A stretch of 64,000 nt of DNA. It comes from an uncultured Chitinophagaceae bacterium (lineage in GTDB: Bacteria > Bacteroidota > Bacteroidia > Chitinophagales > Chitinophagaceae). Shown in pieces: positions 22,475 to 31,971 of the stretch (position 1 is the stretch's first letter; every line of letters begins with the position of its first letter). The notes beneath the pieces are model-generated. The model worked only from the letters and a program-made list of their open reading frames with translations, was not told the DNA's origin and did no database searches. Made by a program: the position numbers and the translations under genes. The stretch spans positions 159,637-223,636 of the forward strand of contig CAWFCU010000018.1 of the NCBI GenBank assembly GCA_963814445.1. The letters are read 5' to 3'.

Positions 22475-22669
22475 AACTTATCCTCGTTAGCTATACTTAG
22501 TCTTTCAAGAGATTTATATAATTGAAAACAATTAATGCTATCCTGAGTTTGCAACTCAGGACTGTGTTTTTCGAGGCTATGCTGTAGCAAAAACATTTTA
22601 CATTGATACAGATTTAAGCCTGGAACATGGTATAAGTTTTAGTATTTTAGTAGTTTTAAAACAACTATT

Positions 22670-23248
22670 ATGAGTGGAAAAGAAGTATTTGAAATTGTAT
22701 TAGGTATTGCCAACATTTTTATTTTAGGTATTACTTGTTATTTTATTTATCGTTCAATTTATTCTCCCGTAGATGCTGTAAAAATTGGAAGACAATTAAA
22801 TACAGAAAAACAAAAGGATGATGCTAAACGTAATCTTTTCCTGTTACTATTCTCATTAAGAGGGAGTGCAATAACCTATGATTTTGTAAGAGGCTTAAAC
22901 CAGATTGATGTAGTCTTTGAGGATACACCAGAGGTTCTAAGTGCTTGGCATATTCACTATGATTCTCTCCATATAAAAGGGCAGGTGGATGAAGATAAGA
23001 TTTGGGAGCTTCAACGCACAAATCTTCTTTCTGCAATGGCTGTTTCTCTTGGGTATAATCGTATTCGCCAGACCGATATGATAAAGAGTTATTTTCCAGA
23101 AGGTCATGGCAATAGGCTGAAAAACGATTTTGAATTTCGAGAAGCAGAACGGAAGTTTTATGAAATGGGCGCAATTGTTTATCAGATAATGATTGATAAA
23201 ACCTTAGAGCAGGAACAGGCTTCAAAGAGTAAAGACCCAATAAAGTAA
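22670..23248 (+). CDS. DUF6680-like protein with N-terminal TM helix
   Basis: KRNLFLLLFSLRG...FVRGLNQIDVVF...LLSAMAVSLGY...YFPEGH pattern recalled for this family. Confidence 0.55.
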   Translation: MSGKEVFEIVLGIANIFILGITCYFIYRSIYSPVDAVKIGRQLNTEKQKDDAKRNLFLLLFSLRGSAITYDFVRGLNQIDVVFEDTPEVLSAWHIHYDSLHIKGQVDEDKIWELQRTNLLSAMAVSLGYNRIRQTDMIKSYFPEGHGNRLKNDFEFREAERKFYEMGAIVYQIMIDKTLEQEQASKSKDPIK

Positions 23249-23406
23249 ATAAATCAAAAGACGGTATTACATCTACTGCATTACCTTCTTTACCTTTTCC
23301 CTCTTTGGTTATTGTATCCTTTTAAAACTTCGGAAGTCTTTTAGAGAAAATAAAAAAATCCGGCTGCTCAACACAACCGGATTCTCTAAAAAATATTTTG
23401 ATACAA

Positions 23407-24282
23407 TTATTTCTTAATCGCTTCTGCCATTGTCTTCCCAATATCAGCAGGGCTTGCGGCAACATGGATACCACAGGCTGCCATGATTTTCATTTTAGCT
23501 TCTGCTGTATCATCTTCGCCGCCAACAATAGCACCGGCATGGCCCATACGGCGGCCGGGAGGAGCAGTTTGTCCTGCGATAAAACCAACTACTGGTTTTT
23601 TATTGCCGGTTGATTTAATGTATTCAGCAGCTTCGGCTTCCATGCCACCACCAATTTCACCGATCATTACAATGGCATCGGTTTCAGGATCGTTCATAAA
23701 TAATTCAACCGCTTGTTTGGTAGTAGTGCCAATGATCGGGTCGCCGCCAATACCAATAGCTGTAGAAATACCAAGGCCTGCTTTTGCCACCTGGTCTGCT
23801 GCTTCGTAAGTAAGCGTACCGCTTTTTGATACGATACCAATGCGGCCTTTCTTAAAAATAAAGCCGGGCATGATGCCTACTTTACATTCATCGGCAGTGA
23901 TAACGCCGGGGCAGTTAGGGCCTATTAAACGGGTGTTCTTTCCAACTAAAAAATTTTTCACTTTCACCATGTCCTGTACAGGAATGCCTTCGGTGATACA
24001 CACTACCAATGCAATGCCTGCATCGGTGGCTTCCATAATAGCATCGGCTGCAAAAGCCGGTGGCACAAAAATGATACTTACATCAGCGCCGGTAGCTTTT
24101 ACTGCATCGGCTACAGTATTAAAAACGGGTTTGTCTAAATGAGTGCTGCCGCCTTTTCCTGGTGTAACACCACCAACTAATTGTGTGCCGTACTCAATCA
24201 TTTGAGTGGCATGAAAAGTTCCTTCTGTACCGGTAAAACCCTGTACAATAATCTTGGAATTTTTATTGACTAATACTGACAT
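23407..24282 (-). CDS. sucD: Succinyl-CoA ligase alpha subunit
   Basis: [20 protein letters not shown] phospho-His motif. Confidence 0.97.
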   Translation of the reverse strand: MSVLVNKNSKIIVQGFTGTEGTFHATQMIEYGTQLVGGVTPGKGGSTHLDKPVFNTVADAVKATGADVSIIFVPPAFAADAIMEATDAGIALVVCITEGIPVQDMVKVKNFLVGKNTRLIGPNCPGVITADECKVGIMPGFIFKKGRIGIVSKSGTLTYEAADQVAKAGLGISTAIGIGGDPIIGTTTKQAVELFMNDPETDAIVMIGEIGGGMEAEAAEYIKSTGNKKPVVGFIAGQTAPPGRRMGHAGAIVGGEDDTAEAKMKIMAACGIHVAASPADIGKTMAEAIKK

Positions 24283-24376
24283 AATAGGTTCAATTAAGTG
24301 GCTGCAAAAATAGGGGGGATATGTGATACAAGGAAATGTATTTGAAGTGGATTAACGCATACGTTGCCGGTGTTCA

Positions 24377-24450
24377 GCCACTAAGGCAGGAAGGCACAAA
24401 TCTGCACTAAGTTTCCTTTGTGTTTCTTCGTGTTTTTGTGTCTTTGTGGC
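24377..24450. repeat. CACTAAG/CACAAA repeats with inverted CTTTGTG arm (same family as 14610-14693)
   Basis: gccactaaggcaggaaggcacaaatctgcactaag...ctttgtgtttcttcgtgtttttgtgtctttgtggc. Confidence 0.7.
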
Positions 24451-24454
24451 AAAC

Positions 24455-25120
24455 CTATGCTTTATCAAAACTGATACATTCTTTCAATTCTTTTTCGGAA
24501 TAGGAGAGCCCATATTGTTTCAACACATCATCGGGCACGCCATTCCATTGGTTTGGTTTGTTGCCCATGTAGCCAACATCTTTTACACCGATTTCAGAAG
24601 TGTAAAAACCAGTGGCGGTTAAATTACGCATCAGGTTAAAAAAGGAAACGCCCTGTTTCATTTCGGGTTTTGATTTGGCAGGATAAGCAATGTCGTCAAC
24701 AATTTGTATGCGTTGCTTTGGAGTGATGGTTGTAAATGATTTTTCAAAACGTTTGAGGCTTTCTACATCGAGCCAACGTAAACCACCTCTCATGGGTGTT
24801 TGATGTTGCGGCATATCTTTTACAATGAACTCTATAAAGTCTGGAACCTTTGCATCGCTGGCACTGCCGCTTACAGCATCTTTTGGAATGATGATGTCGG
24901 CAAGAATGGTAATGGTTGCCATTTCTGCTGCGGTGAAAAAAGTTTCTTCCTGCAGTTTTTTATTGAACACTTTTTCTTCTGCCATGCGGTCGGCATTAGT
25001 TTCATCTTCTGTTGTTTTAGCAACGTTTGTTTTTTTATCTCCTGTTTTGCAGGCATCAAGCATTACGCCGGTTGCTGCGGTGCCGATGATAAGTGCTTTG
25101 ATGGATTTACGTCTGTCCAT
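24455..25120 (-). CDS. Gluconate 2-dehydrogenase subunit 3 family (LacC-like hitchhiker subunit), Tat signal
   Basis: MDRRKSIK twin-Arg; ADIIIP, GFYTSEIG..DVGYMGN. Confidence 0.85.
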   Translation of the reverse strand: MDRRKSIKALIIGTAATGVMLDACKTGDKKTNVAKTTEDETNADRMAEEKVFNKKLQEETFFTAAEMATITILADIIIPKDAVSGSASDAKVPDFIEFIVKDMPQHQTPMRGGLRWLDVESLKRFEKSFTTITPKQRIQIVDDIAYPAKSKPEMKQGVSFFNLMRNLTATGFYTSEIGVKDVGYMGNKPNQWNGVPDDVLKQYGLSYSEKELKECISFDKA

Positions 25121-25292
25121 GATATTTATTTTGTGTCTGCCTGTGCAGAATGTTTAAATTAATTCTTGCATTATCCTGCTTTACCTGATCCCTCTTTCAT
25201 TTTATCTTCCACATCTTCATTACATTTTTAATCGCCACGTAAGCCAGCACTCAACGAAATAAAAGTATTTTAAATTTTTGAACTCTTGCCCT

Positions 25293-25319
25293 GGTTCCCC
25301 CTTTAGGGGGCGGAGGGGG
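25293..25319. repeat. CCCCTTTAGGGG hairpin repeat, copy 1
   Basis: ggttccccctttagggggcggaggggg, near-identical to 30538-30563. Confidence 0.8.
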
Positions 25320-25320
25320 T

Positions 25321-27070
25321 TTATAAATTTTGTTTCTTCAATTGCTCCACAATGTATTCACCCGCCCTCATGCTCAACGCCAATATCGTCCACGTAATAT
25401 TTTTATCTGCCTGCGATACAAACTGCCCACCATCTACATTGAATAAATTTTTGCAATCATGCGCCTGGCTCCATTTGTTGAGGGCAGATCTTTTTGCATC
25501 ATCTCCCATCCGTACTGTGCCTGCTTCATGAATAATGTTGCCGGGATTGGCAATGCCATAATTATTTTTTTCATTGTCGGTATCGCCCCAGGTAATAACA
25601 GCGCCCATGTTGTGCATGATCTCTTTGAAAGTTTCTTTCATGTGTTTGGCTTGCTTTATTTCATGCTCGCTGTGTTTGGTATTAAAGCGTAAAACAGGAA
25701 TGCCATATTTGTCAACCACATTCGGATCAATTTCACAATAATTTGATTCCACAGCAATCGCTTCACCACGGCCCGCCATGCCAACATTGGCACCATAGAA
25801 ATACCGGTAGTCTTCTTTTAATGAAGCGCCATAGCCACCAGCTTCTTTTTGTTTTCCGTTGACAGGATATTTTCCATTCTGTGCTTCCATACCAAAGCCA
25901 AAACCATACGCAGGCTGATCCATGCCGCCCCAGTATTCAATATGGTAACCTCTTGGGAAATCTAATTTTTTATTATCGCCCCACCAGGGAGAATACACAT
26001 GCATACCACCAACACCATCTTCATTATACCGCTTTCTTCCGAATAATGCAGGCAATACACCACCTACGGCAGCACCAGTACTGTCATGCAAATATTTTCC
26101 CACCACATTGCTCGAATTACCAATGCCGTTAGGATGTTGTTTTGATTTTGAATTGAGCATCAGCCTTGCACTTTCACAAGCGCTTGCAGCAAGAATTACA
26201 ACTCTTCCCTTTACCTGGTATTCCTGCAAGTTTTCTTTGCTTACATAAGAAACACCTGTTGCTAATCCTTCATCATTCGTTAGTACTTCTCTTGCCATGG
26301 CATTGGTAACCAAATCCAAGTTTGCCAGTGGCAATAGCAGGTTTTATTAAACAGGAAGAAGAGGAAAAATCTCCATACACTTTGCATGACCTTCCGCATT
26401 GGCGGCAATAAAAACAAGCGGCACGGTCTTTATTACCGGGTAAAGCTTTTGTAAGAATAGATAAACGTGACGGTATAACGGGAACACCTGACCCAACGGC
26501 CGCTTTCTTTATAAACAGTTCATGCAATCTTGGTTTTGGTGGTGGAAGAAAAATACCATCAGGATCGTTTGGCAAACCTTCATTGGTTCCAAACACTCCC
26601 AGCAGTTGATCTATTTTGTCATAATATGGTTTGATGTCTTCATAACCAATCGGCCAGTTATCGCCTAAGCCATCAATATCTTTTCTTTTAAAATCTTTCG
26701 GGCCAAAGCGTAAAGAAATTCTTCCCCAGTGATTGGTACGTCCTCCCAACATCCTGGCACGCCACCATTCCCATTTATCGCCTTCTGCATGAGTATATGG
26801 TTCGCCATCAATTTCCCATCCCCAAAAGCTGGCATCATAATCTCCAAAAGGACGAAACTTTGTACTGGCACCACGGCGTGGAGAATCCCATGGATTTTTT
26901 AATTGCGATGAATGAATGGCCGGGTCATAATAGGGGCCTGCTTCAATCACACAAACTGAAAGTCCTGCATTTGCCAATACATACGCTGCCATACCGCCGC
27001 CTGCGCCGGAGCCTACTATCACCGCATCGTATTGTTTGGATTGTTTTTTTACCTGGAGTGTATCTCCCAT
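25321..27070 (-). CDS. GMC-family flavoprotein, glycoside 3-dehydrogenase-like (LacA-like), frameshift ~26330
   Basis: VGSGAGGG FAD motif, GGRTNHWGR, CFYCRQCGRSC Fe-S motif, HEAGTVRMG. Confidence 0.88.
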
Positions 27071-27318
27071 ACAGCAATCGTTTTATTTTCTTAAAAAGAA
27101 ATTGTGAGTTTGAAGTTAGTGAAAATATGATTGAATATAGTGTAAGATTAACAGCAGGAAATTCCACAAACGTTTGTTGTGTGGATAGTACCATGTTTTG
27201 TTAAACTATCATCATTATTACAAAAAATTAAAAACTAAAACAGGTAATTATTTAATTACACCAAGTAACTTACATCTATATTTCTCTCTTTCATTTTTTA
27301 AAGAAAAGAATAAGCTAT

Positions 27319-28087
27319 ATGAAAAAAATCATTGTAATGTCAACAATTACTATTTCGTTTTTATCATTAAATGTATATGCACAGCAGGGTGACCCTAAAG
27401 CAACAGAAGTATGGGAGCCTGAACCAAAAGTTGTGAAAACGGGTGCTGTTAATACAGCGCCATCGGACGCCATCATTTTATTTGATGGTAAAAATTTAAA
27501 CGAATGGGAATCTGTAAAAGATACTACACAGCCAGCAGGGTGGACTTTAGGGAAAGGGTTTTTCACTGTAAAAAAAGGAACAGGCAATATTCAAACAAAA
27601 AGAGTATTTACAGATTATCAATTGCATTTGGAATGGAAAATACCTGCGGTGATACATGGTGAAGGACAGGGTAGGGGAAACAGTGGTTTGTTCCTTGCAT
27701 CTACAGGGCCGGGTGATGAAGGATATGAAATGCAGATACTGGATGGTTACAATAACAAAACGTATGTGAATGGGCAGGCAACGAGTATTTACAAACAAAA
27801 AATTCCATTGGCAAATGCCTGTAAAAAACCAGGGCAATGGCAAACCTATGATGTGATTTGGACAGCGCCACGTTTTAATGAAGACGGTACATTAAAATCT
27901 GCAGCAAGGGTAACAGCGTTTCATAATGGTGTGCTGGTGCAGAATAATGTGGAGCTTACAGGGGCTACAAGATATATTGGCACAGCCGGAGTATAAAGCA
28001 CATGGAGCATCCGCTATAAAATTGCAAGACCATGGAGATAAAAGTGAACCAATCAGTTTTAGAAATATCTGGATAAGAGAATTGTAA
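27319..28087 (+). CDS. DUF1080 (3-keto-glycoside hydratase/hydrolase-like) protein, frameshift ~27990
   Basis: PSDAIILFDGKNL, GNSGLF, YEMQILD; tail LQDHGDKSEPISFRNIWIREL*. Confidence 0.88.
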
Positions 28088-28108
28088 AATCTATTATTTG
28101 ATAGAAAT

Positions 28109-28150
28109 AAAAATCCCGTCTCGTAATTTATGACGAGACGGGATTTTTTT
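28109..28150. terminator. Bidirectional intrinsic terminator between convergent DUF1080 genes
   Basis: aaaaatcccgtctcgt-aatttatg-acgagacgggattttttt. Confidence 0.85.
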
Positions 28151-28165
28151 ATGAAGAAGAAAAAT

Positions 28166-28906
28166 TTACAGCTCTTTTATTTTAATATTCCTGAACGAAA
28201 CCATGTTGCCATGATCCTGCAAAGCAATTTTACCAGACTGGAATTTTCCAAAGTCAGGCATCTCTATAAACTTGCTCCCGGCAACAAGCTCATTCCATTT
28301 TTTGTTCCATAATGTAGTTGATACAACTTTCTCACCGTTCAGCATTAACGTTAATCCGCCATCGTTAATAATTATTTCAGCCAGGTTCCATTCACCTGCA
28401 GGCTTTACTGTTTTTTTAGAACATGCAATGAGGTCATAGAGATCACCAGCCTGGTGCTTTATCAGTTTCCCATCGGGATGATCTTCGTTATCTACAATCT
28501 GCATTTCGGGGCCTGTTAGCCATGTGTAATCATGCTTGCCATCTTCCTGCACTAAAAATATGATCCCGCTGTTGCCTGCTTTAGCTATTTTCCATTCCAA
28601 TCTCAAATGAAAATTCTTGTATGTTTTTTCTGTTACAATATCGCCACCACCTGCAGTTTGCCAACCGTCTTTTTTTGTTGTGTCAAGATACAGTTCACCA
28701 TCTTTTACTTTCCATGCAGCGCCTGCTTCGGCTTTATTAAAGCTATGCCAGCCTTTGGTTGTTTCGCCGTCAAATAAAAGTTTCCACTTCTGGGCTATTT
28801 CCCTTTCTGATAAAGTGTTTGGTTTTTCCTCCCGTTTTGACGGGACAGGTTGTGCAAAGCTCATCATACAAAAAAGAGTTGCGGTTATTGTTAGTAATTT
28901 TTTCAT
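28166..28906 (-). CDS. DUF1080 protein
   Basis: WKLLFDG, GNSGI, GPEMQIVD, IALQDHG..VSFRNIKIKEL. Confidence 0.9.
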   Translation of the reverse strand: MKKLLTITATLFCMMSFAQPVPSKREEKPNTLSEREIAQKWKLLFDGETTKGWHSFNKAEAGAAWKVKDGELYLDTTKKDGWQTAGGGDIVTEKTYKNFHLRLEWKIAKAGNSGIIFLVQEDGKHDYTWLTGPEMQIVDNEDHPDGKLIKHQAGDLYDLIACSKKTVKPAGEWNLAEIIINDGGLTLMLNGEKVVSTTLWNKKWNELVAGSKFIEMPDFGKFQSGKIALQDHGNMVSFRNIKIKEL

Positions 28907-28913
28907 GTACGTT

Positions 28914-29297
28914 TTATTTTTTCAGCATTAAAATATATTTTACCATTTTGGCTGCGTTTTCCGGGGTTACATCGGGATGAGGTGTCATTGGAATAGTACC
29001 CCAATTTCCAGCGCCACCCTTAATAACTTTTCCTGCAAGCATAGAAATATTTTCAGGTGTGTTTGCATATTTCTCGGCTACTTTTCTATACTCTGGGCCG
29101 GTAGAGGCTTCGTCAATTTTATGACAGGTGGGGCAGCCGCCATTTGCCACCAGTGTCATTCCCTCTGTGTATGCAGGGTCATCAGAAACTTTTTTTTCTT
29201 CTTTGTTTTCGGTTGCTGCACTATCTGTTTTATCATTGCCTCCGCCACAAGCATACATACTTGCAGCCACAACCAATAATAAGAGTGTCTTTTTCAT
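28914..29297 (-). CDS. Class I cytochrome c lipoprotein (LacB-like electron acceptor)
   Basis: Lipobox YACG; CPTCH heme motif; WGTIPMTPH axial Met. Confidence 0.9.
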   Translation of the reverse strand: MKKTLLLLVVAASMYACGGGNDKTDSAATENKEEKKVSDDPAYTEGMTLVANGGCPTCHKIDEASTGPEYRKVAEKYANTPENISMLAGKVIKGGAGNWGTIPMTPHPDVTPENAAKMVKYILMLKK

Positions 29298-29318
29298 ATC
29301 AGGTTTAGTTTATGGTTA

Positions 29319-30374
29319 TTACTGAATTCCTAAGATCTTTTTATTAAAATCATCATTGCTTTCTGTTTGTGCAAAATCATCAAATGCTTTTTCTGTAACC
29401 CTGATGATATTTTTTTTGATAAACTCACATCCTTCTTTTGCGCCATCTTCCGGATGTTTGATGCAACATTCCCATTCCATCACCGCCCAGCCTTTGTAAC
29501 CATATTGTGTTAGTTTGCTGAAGATAGTTTTAAAATCAACCTGTCCATCGCCAGGGCTGCGGTAGCGGCCGGCACGGTTGAGCCAGCTTTGATAGCCACC
29601 AAAAGTTCCTTGTTTGCCGGTGGCATTAAACTCTGCATCTTTTACATGAAAGGCTTTGATGCGTTCATGATAAAAATCGATGTATTGTTTATAATCTAAT
29701 TGTTGCAATACAAAATGAGATGGATCGTACAACAAGCAAGCCCTTGCATGATTGTTTACTTTTTCTAAAAACATTTCATACGTAATACCATCAAACAAAT
29801 CTTCACCGGGGTGAATTTCATAGCACACATCTATACCACATTCATCAAAGTAATTTAAAATGGGTGTCCATCTTTTTGCCAATTCAGTAAAGCCTGTTTC
29901 CACCAAACCATTTGGCCGTTGCGGCCAGGGATGAAATGTGTGCCACAACAAGGAGCCACTGAATGTTGGCACAGCATCCAATCCTAAATGTTGTGATGCT
30001 TTCGCTGCATACTTCAATTGTTGCACTGCCCATTCTGTTCTTGCGGTTGGATTATCGTGTAATTCTTTTGGTGCAAAAGCATTGAACAATTCATTGTATG
30101 CAGGATGCACTGCAACTAACTGTCCCTGTAAATGTGTGCTTAGTTCTGTTATTTCTAAACCACATCCGTTTATTAAACCTTTCAATTCATCACAATAAGT
30201 TTTGCTTTCAGCAGCTTTCTTAAGATCAATACAACGGCTGTCCCATGTTGGAATTTGCACACCTACAAAGCCAAGGCCTTTAGCCCATTCGCAAATTGTT
30301 TTTAAATTATTGAACGGCGGCTTGTCATCTAAAAATTGCGCTAGAAATATTCCCGGGCCTTTTATTGTTTGCAT
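29319..30374 (-). CDS. Xylose-isomerase-like TIM barrel (sugar phosphate isomerase/epimerase family; ketoglycoside lyase candidate)
   Basis: YEIHPGED, YDPSH, FHVKDAE, VMEWEC metal ligands. Confidence 0.85.
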   Translation of the reverse strand: MQTIKGPGIFLAQFLDDKPPFNNLKTICEWAKGLGFVGVQIPTWDSRCIDLKKAAESKTYCDELKGLINGCGLEITELSTHLQGQLVAVHPAYNELFNAFAPKELHDNPTARTEWAVQQLKYAAKASQHLGLDAVPTFSGSLLWHTFHPWPQRPNGLVETGFTELAKRWTPILNYFDECGIDVCYEIHPGEDLFDGITYEMFLEKVNNHARACLLYDPSHFVLQQLDYKQYIDFYHERIKAFHVKDAEFNATGKQGTFGGYQSWLNRAGRYRSPGDGQVDFKTIFSKLTQYGYKGWAVMEWECCIKHPEDGAKEGCEFIKKNIIRVTEKAFDDFAQTESNDDFNKKILGIQ

Positions 30375-30383
30375 AATTATTTA

Positions 30384-30420
30384 CCTCATCCTCCAACTCC
30401 TTCTCCTAAAGGAGAAGGAG
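30384..30420. repeat. CTCCTTCTCC-TAAA-GGAGAAGGAG hairpin preceded by a pyrimidine tract
   Basis: cctcatcctccaactccttctcctaaaggagaaggag. Confidence 0.75.
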
Positions 30421-30537
30421 CGGTACTTTAAATCATTAATAAATATTTATTCTTCCATATCAATAAAAAATCTTTATTCATCGTGGATACCCACACTCTA
30501 AGTTCTTTAAAAGAGATTTAAAATTGTGAGGTCTTTT

Positions 30538-30563
30538 GGTTCCCCTTTAGGGGGCGGAGGGGG
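30538..30563. repeat. CCCCTTTAGGGG hairpin repeat, copy 2 (overlaps gene end)
   Basis: ggttcccctttagggggcggaggggg; its reverse complement encodes the last codons PSAP-stop of 30547..31722. Confidence 0.8.
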
Positions 30564-31722
30564 TAAAATCCGTCCACTTCATCTCACTCTGCCCAGATGC
30601 CACCACCGTATCAATAAATGCCATGCCTCTTATTCCGTCTTCCACACCAGGATAATCCAATGCTTCTTTTGGTGGAGTTGTTCCTTCTATCCTTGCTGAT
30701 AATGTCAATGTAAAATTCCGGTAGATATTAGCAAACGCTTCCAGGTATCCTTCCGGATGTCCACCGGGAGTACGACAGTTATGAGTAGCATAAGTTGATA
30801 AACGATCGCCATAGTTGGCTCCGGCCCTTAGTATTTGAGTTGGTGCGTCAAGCCATTTTACAATTAATGTGTTCGGTTCCATCTGTGCCCATTCAAGACC
30901 ACCTTTTTCTCCGTACACTCTTATCTTTAAAGCATTCTCTTCTCCAGCCGCCACCTGCGATGCCATTAACACACCGGCAGCACCGTTATCAAATTTCAAT
31001 AACACATTGCCGTCATCATCCAGCATCCTGCCCGGCACCATTATATTTAGGTCTGCACATAGTTGTTTTATTTTTAACCCGGAAATATATTCCGCTAAAT
31101 GTGCGGCATGAGTTCCAATATCACCCATGCTACCAGCCTTACCACTTTTCTTTGGATCGGTACGCCATGCTGCCTGTGCGTTGCCTTCCCGTTCACTTAA
31201 TTTACTCAGCCAGCCTTGCGGATACTCAACCCATACTTTTCTAACGTTTCCGAACACCCCATCTTTTATCATTTGTTTTGCCTGCTTCACCATCGGGTAG
31301 CCGGAGTATGTATGGGTAAGACAAAGCAATAAACCGGTTTGCTCAACCAATTGTTTTAATTCAAGCGCCTCTTCCAAATTAAACGTGATGGGTTTTTCTA
31401 TCACCACATGAAAACCTTTTTGCAAAGCCATTTTTGCCGGGGCAAAGTGGGCAAAGTTGGGTGTAACGATGGTTACAAAATCCATTCTTACATCCGTAGG
31501 TAACTGGCTTTCCTTCTCCAGCATTTCTTCATAAGTCATATATATCCTGCCGGGAGATAAAAATAATTCCTCACCCGATTCTTTGGCAACAGCAGGATTG
31601 ATGCTTAAGGCGCCACAAACCATTTCCACTTTTCCATCCATATTAAAAGCCAGCCTGTGTACCGCACCAATAAAAGCATCCTTACCGCCGCCAATCATAC
31701 CCATGCGTAGTTTTCTTTTCAT
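30547..31722 (-). CDS. Gfo/Idh/MocA family NAD-dependent oxidoreductase
   Basis: GMIGGG..FIG, VTPNFAH, IEKP, GDIGTH. Confidence 0.9.
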   Translation of the reverse strand: MKRKLRMGMIGGGKDAFIGAVHRLAFNMDGKVEMVCGALSINPAVAKESGEELFLSPGRIYMTYEEMLEKESQLPTDVRMDFVTIVTPNFAHFAPAKMALQKGFHVVIEKPITFNLEEALELKQLVEQTGLLLCLTHTYSGYPMVKQAKQMIKDGVFGNVRKVWVEYPQGWLSKLSEREGNAQAAWRTDPKKSGKAGSMGDIGTHAAHLAEYISGLKIKQLCADLNIMVPGRMLDDDGNVLLKFDNGAAGVLMASQVAAGEENALKIRVYGEKGGLEWAQMEPNTLIVKWLDAPTQILRAGANYGDRLSTYATHNCRTPGGHPEGYLEAFANIYRNFTLTLSARIEGTTPPKEALDYPGVEDGIRGMAFIDTVVASGQSEMKWTDFTPSAP

Positions 31723-31971
31723 ATAGCGATCGAGAGTTTTTAAGAAAGGAAAATTTTTAACAAGTTTACGAATAAGATTTCTTTACTGCCACATTTTTTT
31801 ATTTTCATTTAATAGCTGATACTTTTTTATCTAATTATAAACTGCAATCGTTTGATGTGTTTTTTTTGAGCCATTTATAAAAAAAACTAAACAAACTTTA
31901 TGCTGAGATGAAATAAAAATCTACATTTAATACCTCTATTAACGATTGCCAAACAAACCATACTTGCTATT

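Noticed and set aside
22360-22596. Minus-strand 78-aa ORF with possible TGA read-through or alternative genetic code
   Set aside because: The read-through product resembles nothing I recognise, many genuine genes here end in TGA, and a plus-strand ORF explains the region better.
23407-24282. sucD without adjacent sucC as an anomaly
   Set aside because: Separation of sucC and sucD is common in Bacteroidota.
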